In this document: positions 39,936-48,758 of the stretch, piece by piece
Numbering within the stretch: the stretch's first letter is position 1
How the letters are laid out: each line of letters begins with the position of its first letter
Source: Macrostomum lignano
Lineage: Eukaryota
DNA: 64,000 nt
Direction of reading: 5' to 3'
Assembly: GCA_002269645.1 (NCBI GenBank)
Contig: NIVC01003245.1
Span: forward strand, 1 to 64,000
Translations under genes and position numbers: made by a program
The notes under the pieces: model-generated
What the model was told of the DNA's origin: nothing
Seen by the model: the letters and a program-made list of their open reading frames with translations, nothing else
Databases searched by the model: none

Positions 39936-40191
39936 CCCAATAAAATCACCCACTCCTAGGCTGTCACTGATCGATTTAATTCTACTTTTCTTTCCCTGCT
40001 CCGAGTCGGCTCGACCTTCTCTCCCCCCACCTCACCCCCAGAGACGATGGGGTAAATTTCCTTTGCTCAATTTCGCTTCACCTGACATGCCGTGTGCAAG
40101 AAGGTGGCGAGCCTCTCAAAACTTACAGGCTCGTTTTGTCCTCCGTGAAATAGCTCGAGGAGGCCTTACAGCCAGAGTGGACTGGCAAATC
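27095..40191 (-). CDS. Hypothetical multi-exon orphan protein. Exons 40191-40127 (tentative), 39097-38747, 35397-35365, 35263-35109, 32991-32927, 28304-28164, 27621-27462, 27127-27095 (or read-through of the 27621 exon to the stop at 27405)
   Basis: GC-rich islands with good acceptors and donors (e.g. tctttcag|..|gtgagt at 32991-32927; cccacag|..|gtaagt at 39097-38747) that chain in frame with phases 1,1,1,0,2,2,0. Product is Q/P/A/S-rich with helical segments (IEAIADQVTRRLEAHMCELVLGW; ARQIYANALAAERLRNKERLRSLQAERE). No family recognised; 5' end not found. Confidence 0.55.
27218..27413. repeat. 21-bp minisatellite (CGCTACCCAATGTCCTCACGT)
   Basis: About 9 copies; lies in the putative last intron of the orphan gene. 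Confidence 0.93.
27850..28090 (+). mobile_element. Dispersed SINE-like repeat copy
   Basis: AAGGCACAGAGAGTGTACATGCCTGACAATTAGAAAGTCAAAGGGCCGCTGTACACCCTGTGTGAGCG is the reverse complement of segments at 45.88, 60.83 and 61.76 kb; the 3' part CTGGTTGCGGGTCAA recurs at 18520. Confidence 0.8.
28381..29457. repeat. (TTTAG)n microsatellites (28381-28510 and 28831-29457)
   Basis: Pentanucleotide runs separated by about 320 bp of unique sequence. Confidence 0.97.
30113..32891. repeat. 14-bp minisatellite (AGTCTATCCCACAC), core 30317-32890, about 185 copies
   Basis: Tandem array with degenerate 5' units; source of the three ~1000-aa repeat ORFs. Confidence 0.98.
33427..34230. repeat. 32-bp minisatellite (ACTGAGTGGTTGAGTGTGAGGTTTCCAAGCTT)
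   Basis: About 25 copies, AAGCTT and ATGGTT variants in blocks. Confidence 0.96.
34551..35000. repeat. About 19-20-bp dimeric minisatellite carrying TGACGTCA/TGACATCA
   Basis: Alternating CCATGACGTCACTAGCCC and CATGACATCATTAGCCAC units. Confidence 0.92.
35648..35715 (+). mobile_element. tRNA-derived SINE head fragment
   Basis: TAGTATAGGGG (A-box-like) ... GGTTCGATTCC (B box); stems do not complete a cloverleaf. Confidence 0.45.
36287..36950 (+). repeat. tRNA-like head (36287-36352) followed by a 33-bp tandem array derived from the T-arm/B-box region (TAGGTCCCGGGTTCGAGAGCTCCATGTGTCATC)
   Basis: A-box-like TGGCCGAGAGG and B-box-like GGCTCGAGTCCC, then about 17 units each containing GGGTTCGA. 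Confidence 0.85.
37677..38245. repeat. 34-bp AT-rich minisatellite (CCATTCCAAGAAATCAATTCTAAGAAATCTCTAC)
   Basis: About 16 copies, each with an internal AAGAAATC duplication. Confidence 0.94.
39228..39560. repeat. 19-bp minisatellite (GAGATCCCGATTCCCTATA)
   Basis: About 17 copies with degenerate flanking units. Confidence 0.94.
39873..39933. repeat. (GA)n microsatellite
   Basis: About 30 units. Confidence 0.95.
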
Positions 40192-40513
40192 CTGTGTTCA
40201 GACAAATTTAGGCTGACTGCAGTCTGCCTGAGCATTGGCCAGTTTGGCAAGGATTGCTTTTGCTTTAGGCACCCTGGAGGCCACCTTGAAACAGCTGCCG
40301 AAAAGAAAGGCGTATGGAATTTGAAAGTGTATCTACACTCGCAGCTCTTGAGATTAGAGCAGAGGTAGGCAATTTTTTTTGCCTTGAGGGCCAGATAGTA
40401 GAGAACCTAAAGCGCATGGCTGCGGGCCAGAGGAGGGGCGAGAGGAGATGGAATAGAGAAGAAAAGGGAAGAAGAGAAGAGAAATAGGAGAAAGAAGAGA
40501 AGAGAGAATAAAA

Positions 40514-41063
40514 GAGAGAGGAGAGGAGAGGAGAGGAGAGGGGAGGAGAGGAGAGGAGAGGAGAAGAAGAGAGGAGAGGAGAGGAGGAGAGGAGAGGAGA
40601 GGAGAGAAGAGGAGAGGAGAGAAGAGGAGAGGAGAGAAGAGGAGAGGAGAGGAGAGGAGAGGAGAGGAGAGGAGAGGAGAGGAGAGGAAAGGAGAGGAGA
40701 GGAGAGGAGAGGAGAGGAGAGGAGAGGAGAGGAGAGGAGAGGAGAGGAGAGGAGAGGAGAGGAGAGGAGAGGAGAGGAAAGGAGAGGAGAGGAGAGGAAA
40801 GGAGAGGAGAGGAGAGGAGAGGAAAGGAGAGGAGAGGAGAGGAGAGGAGAGGAGAGGAGAGGAGAGGAGAGGAGAGGAGAGGAGAGGAAAGGAGAGGAGA
40901 GGAGAGGAGAGGAGAGGAGAGGAGAGGAGGAGAGGAGAGGAGAGGAGAGGAGAGGAGAGGAGAGGAGAGGAGAGGAGAGGAGAGGAGAGGAGAGGAGAGG
41001 AGAGGAGAGGAGAGGAGAGGAGAGGAGAGGAGAGGAGAGGAGAGGAGAGGAGAGGAGAGGAGA
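40514..41063. repeat. (GGAGA)n polypurine microsatellite
   Basis: About 110 units; explains the LLSSP ORFs. Confidence 0.97.
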
Positions 41064-41689
41064 GCGGAGAGAGAAGAGAATGGAGAGGAGAGTAGAAAAA
41101 AGAGAAGAGACGAGATGAGAGAGCTGTTGTGAAGTTTCAAAGAACCCGAGGGCCGAATAGAGAGGCCCAGGGGCCTTGCCGACCCCTGGCAGAGAGAGGC
41201 CCGCAGCCCACAGTTGCCGCGGTTGAGCGAGCCCACGGAGAACGAGTGGGTAGGCTCTGAGCCCAGTTTTCACACGGCAACGGGCAAAGGTAAACGAAGT
41301 CAGTTCGAAGAAAAGACTGCAGTTAGTTCCGCGTCTATTTGCTACACAATAAAGTTCAGGACTGCGCATTTCTCTCTCGCCTCCCTCTGTGCGGCGTGTG
41401 TTGATTCTCTCTCGAAGGAGAAGAGAGACTTTTTTCTGACAAAATTAAGCTGCCTCGAAGCCTAAGCGTGTTTGCTAGTTCAAATTTCACGGCTCAGTTA
41501 CCCTTGTACGCCCTGGTTAAGCGTTGAGTTTAGCAAACATTAATTGGAGGCTTCTCAATGCCAAGTCTTTTTTACCTGGGCTGCTTTACGAGCGGAGTAG
41601 TTGTGGAAGCTCAAGGAGTGAAGGACTCAGTGAGGGATAATAAGGGAGCAGCAGGGGCACTCAGTGGAAGTCACCGATAGTTAAGCTAG

Positions 41690-43850
41690 TGACAGACAGT
41701 GACAGACAATTAGTGACACGACAACTAGTGACAGGCACTCATTGACAGACACTCAGTGACGGACTCTCAGTGACGGACTGTCAGTGACAAACACTCAAGG
41801 ACAGACACTCAGGGATGGACTCTCAGTGACGGACTGTCAGTGACAGACACTCAAGGACAGACACTCAGTGACAGGCAATTACTGACGGACTCTCAGTGAC
41901 GGACTGTCAGTGACAGACACTCAAGGACAGACACTCAGGGACGGACTCTCAGTGACAGACACTCAGTGACAGACACTCAGTGACGGACTCTCAGTGACGG
42001 ACTGTCAGTGACAAACACTCAAGGACAGACACTCAGGGATGGACTCTCAGTGACGGACTGTCAGTGACAGACACTCAAGGACAGACACTCAGTGACAGGC
42101 AATTACTGACGGACTCTCAGTGACGGACTGTCAGTGACAGACACTCAAGGACAGACACTCAGGGACGGACTCTCAGTGACAGACACTCAGTGACAGACAC
42201 TCAGTGACGGATTCTCAGTGACGGACTGTCAGTGACAGACACTCAAGGACAGACACTCAGGGACGGACTCTCAGTGACAGACACTCAGTGACAGACACTC
42301 AGTGACAGACTCTCAGTGACGGACTGTCAGTGACAGACACTCAAGGACAGACACTCAGGGACGGACTCTCAGTGACAGACACTCAGTGACAGACACTCAG
42401 TGACGGACTCTCAGTGACGGACTGTCAGTGGCAGACACTCAAGGACAGACACTCAGGGACGGACTCTCAGTGACAGACACTCAGTGACAGACACTCAGTG
42501 ACGGACTCTCAGTGACGGACTGTCAGTGACAAACACTCAAGGACAGACACTCAGTGACAGGCAATTACTGACGGACTCTCAGTGACGGACTGTCAGTGAC
42601 AGACACTCAAGGACAGACACTCAGGGACGGACTCTCAGTGACAGACACTCAGTGACAGACACTCAGTGACGGACTCTCAGTGACGGACTGTCAGTGACAA
42701 ACACTCAAGGACAGACACTCAGGGATGGACTCTCAGTGACGGACTGTCAGTGACAGACACTCAAGGACAGACACTCAGTGACAGGCAATTACTGACGGAC
42801 TCTCAGTGACGGACTGTCAGTGACAGACACTCAAGGACAGACACTCAGGGACGGACTCTCAGTGACAGACACTCAGTGACAGACACTCAGTGACGGACTC
42901 TCAGTGACGGACTGTCAGTGACAGACACTCAAGGACAGACACTCAGTGACGGACTCTCAGTGACAGACACTCAGTGACAGACACTCAGTGACGGACTCTC
43001 AGTGACGGACTGTCAGTGACAAACACTCAAGGACAGACACTCAGGGACGGACTCTCAGTGACAGACACTCAGTGACAGACACTCAGTGACGGACTCTCAG
43101 TGACGGACTGTCAGTGACAAACACTCAAGGACAGACACTCAGGGATGGACTCTCAGTGACGGACTGTCAGTGACAGACACTCAAGGACAGACACTCAGTG
43201 ACAGGCAATTACTGACGGACTCTCAGTGACGGACTGTCAGTGACAGACACTCAAGGACAGACACTCAGGGACGGACTCTCAGTGACAGACACTCAGTGAC
43301 AGACACTCAGTGACGGACTCTCAGTGACGGACTGTCAGTGACAAACACTCAAGGACAGACACTCAGGGATGGACTCTCAGTGACGGACTGTCAGTGACAG
43401 ACACTCAAGGACAGACACTCAGTGACAGGCAATTACTGACGGACTCTCAGTGACGGACTGTCAGTGACAGACACTCAAGGACAGACACTCAGTGACGGAC
43501 TCTCAGTGACAGACACTCAGTGACAGACACTCAGTGACGGACTCTCAGTGACGGACTGTCAGTGACAAACACTCAAGGACAGACACTCAGGGACGGACTC
43601 TCAGTGACAGACACTCAGTGACAGACACTCAGTGACGGACTCTCAGTGACGGACTGTCAGTGACAAACACTCAAGGACAGACACTCAGGGATGGACTCTC
43701 AGTGACGGACTGTCAGTGACAGACACTCAAGGACAGACACTCAGTGACAGGCAATTACTGACGGACTCTCAGTGACGGACTGTCAGTGACAGACACTCAA
43801 GGACAGACACTCAGGGACGGACTCTCAGTGACAGACACTCAGTGACAGAC
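41690..43850. repeat. 14-bp satellite with higher-order structure (CACTCAGTGACAGA family)
   Basis: About 150 monomers of several variant types arranged in recurring multimers. Confidence 0.96.
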
Positions 43851-44559
43851 AACAAAAGACTGACTATGCATGGCTCAGTAAGAAAGTTGTCTACTTAAAA
43901 ACAAAGGCATTTTATCCAGAGAACAAAGACATGAAAATTTTGAAGCAGCCTCTCTCTTTTTTACTCCAAACTGTCAAAGAATCCAAGCTCAAACACTGTG
44001 CTCAACTGGCACGTGCGCAGTGGACAACCGCTATGACTCACTGACTCACTGAACTCACACAGTGAGTAGGTGTCGTGCGTTGAGCCCATCAACTGCTCAA
44101 CTGTTAGAAGAGGAGAGTCCTATGGAAGAGGGGAAATTCTGCATCAGCAGCAGCAGCTGAATTGGCAATGAAGGGAGCTGGGAAGGAGGGGCCGATGTGG
44201 ACTGGGTGAATTGAGTCAAGGTCAGGCTGGTGAGGTCACAGGGGGGAGGGAGAGAGACGTACGCGCTCATTGTTGCGAAGCCAACCCGTTGGAATTGGGG
44301 AGAAAATATTGAATGTGTATGGCACTGCCAATATCCCTGATGGATGCGAGGAAGCCAAGAAAGAGAAGCCTGTAGTTCTCTGCAACCCCCCCCCACCTAT
44401 CTCTGTTTATACGTGCCCAGGGCAAACACAGATAAGGCTGAGGCAGGTAGCACAGGTAGAGATAGCACTAATAGCTCCTTGCGAGACTGATTTTTCGTCC
44501 TTGTAATCTAAGAATCCCAATAAACTGTTTGAAGTTGAACTTATTTGAGTAAACAGCGA

Positions 44560-45165
44560 TAGGAATCCAACCATAGTCGCTAGTGACTCCGAGAGTACCA
44601 ATGACTACACTGGGAAGGATACGAACCTGGGACCTCACGGTCGCTAGTGACTCTGAGAGTACCAATGACTACACTGGGAAGGATTCGAACCCAGGACCCC
44701 ATGGTCGCTAGTGACTCTGAGAGTACCAATGACTACACTGGGAAGGATTCGAACCCGGGACCTCATGGTCGCTAGTGACTCTGAGAGTACCAATGTCTGC
44801 AGTGGGAAGGAATCGAACCCGGGACTTCATACTCGCTAGTGACTCTGAGAGTACCAATGGCTACACTGGGAAGGATTCGAACCCGGGACTTCATAGTCGC
44901 TAGTGACTCCAAGAGTACCAAATGGCTGCAGTGGGAAAGGAATCGAACCCGGGACCTCATGGTCGCTAGTGACTCCGAGAGTATCTACCAATGTCTGCAG
45001 TGGGAAGGATTCGAACCCGGGACCTCATGGTCGCAAGGGACTTCGAGAGTACCAATGGCCACACTAGGAAGGAATCGAACCCCAAGGATCGGGACCTCAA
45101 GGATGCTAGTGACTCTAAAAAGTGCCTGCGGCCAGAGTGGCAAGGAATCGAAACCAGGACCACTG
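44560..45165 (-). repeat. 64-bp tandem array of tRNA-like/Pol III promoter units
   Basis: Unit (minus strand) GTGTAGTCATTGGTACTCTCAGAGTCACTAGCGACCATGAGGTCCCGGGTTCGAATCCTTCCCA; about 10 copies; B box GGTTCGAATCC or GGTTCGATTCC in most (e.g. 44681, 44745). Confidence 0.88.
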
Positions 45166-45814
45166 GCACAAGAGTGACACGATAACTAACCGATACTGAA
45201 AATTCCAACTCCCAGAGGCAATAGTTTCTTCCCAATGCTTCTAAGGATTATCAAAAAGTATCTAAAGGTCCATTGAACACCTTCGCCCTGTCGAGGCAAC
45301 CGAGGAACGAATCGACCGAGGCATCCCCGAGCGCTTGGCAGCCGTGGATCAGAGTGGGGGATTTCACAAATCTTTCGGGTCCCGCGAGAGAAAACGAGAA
45401 AGAAAATGGTTTTGGGAAAATTCTCTTCTCCACCGCGCGTTTACAGTGCCGCCTGGGGATAAAGCGGAACCATTTTTCTAGTCCCCCCAGGGCGGGATTA
45501 AATCCACAAATCCAGAGGGGAACACGAGCTGAAAGCACCCGATGGCGGGCATCCTGTGGCTTCTGGTTTGGCTCTCTCCGTCTTCTTTTAGTAGAACTGG
45601 AAAGATACAGCAGAAGAGTGCAGCAAGGATCTCCGTACCATTAATATTTCAGTGATTTTTTACACTTTCTTTTGAGGGGACTTCATCCCGGAAATCCTCA
45701 ACTACATAGGTCCCGGGATCGATTCTTGGCGGCGAAGCTTTAAACTTGGCGTGAAAAGTTTTGATTGAGCAACTTGACTGCCTACGAGAGCCAAAAAAGC
45801 AATGATTTCCGCTG

Positions 45815-45965
45815 ACCCCTGAGCACAATGCAAGCGAGCCAATACTGTACGCGGGCAAGCATTCAAACACGCTCAAACGGGGTGTACAGCAGCCCTGACT
45901 TTCTAATCGTCAGGCATGTACACTCTCTGTGCCTTGGAGGTTGGCCGTCATGGCTGTGACTCGAA
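45815..45965 (-). mobile_element. Dispersed SINE-like repeat copy
   Basis: Same core as the copies at 27.9, 60.8 and 61.8 kb. Confidence 0.8.
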
Positions 45966-46050
45966 CGACAGCCAACTACACCAAAACAGGCTTTTTAACT
46001 GGAGCTTCGCCTGACAGTGCTTTACTGTACTACTAAGTCTGATGACGTCA

Positions 46051-48758
46051 TCATACCGCTCGCATGTGCGCCAGCACTGGCCAGGTCGACCCCGCCGGCA
46101 TCCGCACTTCGTCCTCGCTGTCGTCATCGTCGTCGTCTTCGGCAGATCCGCCGTCGTAGCCCGACGACCAGCCGGGGCCTTGCCGGCGACGCTGCCGTCT
46201 CCGCCGCCGACGACGCTGACGTCGCTGGCAATTTGATCCTCGCCGTCGACTGCCGTCGTACTGGCTCTGTCGCAGTCGTCGACAGCCGAAGTACAACGCC
46301 AGCACAGACGAGGCGACGAGGCAGACAGCGACAGCGACGAAGCCGGACGCGCCGGCAACAGCGATGGCCAGCTGAAGCCAGTGCGAGCCAGCAGTCTCGC
46401 CGGCGCTGTTTATCGTCGAGGACGACTCGGCAAGCACAGCTGCAGGATAGCAAGCGAACTAATGTACTCTATGGATGGATTAGGGACAATAAGATTACTG
46501 TCACTCACTCACCTGTCGCAATTGGCAGATAAACCCTATAGCCCAGCAGTTGGGAGGCCCTATCGGCTGTGATACGCTTGTTGATCAAAGCTGCGCATCG
46601 GGCGGCTGAAACGTAGGCACCGTCGAGTCGGACTGCGTAGACTAGGCGAACTTGTTGGGTGAAGTTTCCGTCCCGGATAGTGGAAGACATCAACTGGTGG
46701 GTATAGAGAGTGTAGTCATTGTGCAAGTCTAGGCCTAAGCAAGCCCGTTCCAGACCCTCACTCCCTGCCCCAAACCCCGCCATCCCGCAGCTACCTCCCT
46801 CCTGCCCCATTCCAAACCCCGCCACCCCACAGCCACCTCACTCCCTGCCCATTCCGAACCCCGCCACCCCACAGCCACCTCACTCCCTGCCCATTCTGAA
46901 CCCCGCCATCCCGCAGCCACCTCCCTCCCTGCCCATTCCAAACCCCGCCACCCCACTCCCTGCCCATTCCGAACCCCGCCACCCCACAGCCACCTCACTC
47001 CCTGCCCATTCGGAACCCCGCCATCCCGCAGCCACCTCCCTCCCTGCCCATTCCGAACCCCGCCACCACTCACCCCAAGCACGGGCCTCCCATCCTAGAA
47101 GATACTCTACATCTGCCACAAAAATGTGGCAATGGAAAAGCAAAGACAATGTAAGACCATTCACTCACTTGTACCTGTAAAGTGACATTTCCACCATCCT
47201 GTCCAACTGTAACAATTTCAAACAATTTCCGCAGTCTGGCTGTCACTTCAAACTGCCATGGGCAGGATGATACATTAGTTTCAATGGGAACAGATTGTAA
47301 GTCTGCAAATTTGAGGTTGAGATGGCGTTTTGTAACAAGAAACTGATCAGTTTAATTAGTCCATATAAAGATTGCTTCTTGGCTTTAGCACCAGGGGCGC
47401 CAGCACCAGGGGCGCCAGCACCAGGGGCGCCAGCACCAGGGGCGCCAGCACCAGGGGCGCCAGCACCAGGGGCGCCAGCACCAGGGGCGCCAGCACCAGG
47501 GGCGCCAGCACCAGGGGCGCCAGCACCAGGGGCGCCAGCACCAGGGGCGCCAGCACCAGGGGCGCCAGCACCAGGGGCGCCAGCACCAGGGGCGCCAGCA
47601 CCAGGGGCGCCAGCACCAGGGGCGCCATATAAATGTACTCTTAGCCAGCCAATGTGGGCTTGGCAGTCTTGCCCTCCCCAGTCTCTAGCACCATAATCAT
47701 TTATCGCAGTAACTAACTAGCACCAATCAAGGACTCACCAGTCTGCACCCAGAAAGGCGACAATTTCAAATTTGCAGTAGAATTTTGTTGACACTTCGTG
47801 ACATCTGACGTCGAATTCTCTGACTGGACGTTGGGTGCAGCTGGTGACGCCGCAGGCGCATCAGTTGCTGCAGTTGGGGACGCAAGCAGTTCTACAGATT
47901 TTCCTGTTGTTGACGGCGTCAGTTTGGCATGGTTGGCTGGTGACGGTGGCAAAATAGTGACTTTGAATGGCTTTGGAGTGCTTGTTGGCGATTTAGCTGC
48001 TTCTGTTGTCAGCGCAGGTCTCGAAGACGTATCAGATGCATCCGGGGAGATTATTGATTCAGTGGACGGCAGCGGTTTCAATGTTGTTGCACTTTCAGAG
48101 CCTGGCATTATTGTTTCGTTTGCTCTGTCCGATTGCGAAGGTGAAGTGCTCGGACTGCCTGCTTCAGATTCAAGAATATGAGTTAATCAATCTATTTTTA
48201 CAATGCACGCTCGTAGCCTATGATTAACTATATTGTAATTAAATTATGAACATTTGACCACACGTTGGCAATAATTTCTGAGACATTATTAAAGGTTAAG
48301 TGAACACTCTGCAAAATATTTTTAATAAAAATAATTAATTAATTTTCCTAAGTTGCCCGAATTTATTCTTTTAGTATAAGAAAATAAACTTCAAATTCAA
48401 GTGAAATATTTTAAATTGTGACACTGCTTAAAACATTTCTAAAGTGAATCTTATTTTTAGTCAATGTTTCATTGTTGATTTGCATCCTTAAGTAATAAAA
48501 TATGAACTATAAATTTTAACTACATTTAAATCAAGCCACTCATAATATTAGCACTTGCTATCTAAAATCTTATTCATGTTTACACAGGTTCCTGTCTAGC
48601 TGCAGTTTGCAGAATTCTGTATATCATTATCAATTAGCACTGATCCAAAAAGCACAAAACTTACTTGTATTTTGATTTTGAATGACACGCGAGGTACAAA
48701 ATACCAAGTACGGCACACTGATATTGAGGATGGTTAAGAAAACGGATGTAACTTGCAT
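46051..48758 (-). CDS. Type I membrane protein with mucin-like S/T/P stalk and a SEA-like/KIAA1549-like module. Exons 48758-48665, 48616-48584, 48161 (or 48158)-47739, 47302-47169, 46693-46513, 46439-46051; about 417 aa
   Basis: Six exons with GT/AG sites and consistent phases (1,1,1,0,1). Hydrophobic N-terminus MQVTSVFLTILNISVPYLVFC, S/T/P-rich segment, module NVTLQVQ..VRLVYAVRLDGAYVSAARCAALINKRITADRASQLLGYRV, TM WLQLAIAVAGASGFVAVAVCLVASSVLALYFGC followed by RR, and an R-rich then D/E-rich tail. The domain name is from memory of the KIAA1549 motif and is unverified. Confidence 0.72.
46760..47075. repeat. 42-bp C-rich intronic minisatellite
   Basis: About 7 copies of CCCATTCCGAACCCCGCCACCCCACAGCCACCTCACTCCCTG. 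Confidence 0.92.
47388..47626. repeat. 15-bp perfect intronic minisatellite (GCACCAGGGGCGCCA)
   Basis: About 16 identical copies. Confidence 0.97.

Noticed and set aside
44560-45165. Possible tRNA gene cluster or CRISPR-like array
   Set aside because: Units lack paired acceptor, anticodon and T stems; there are no unique spacers and no cas genes, and the context is eukaryotic.
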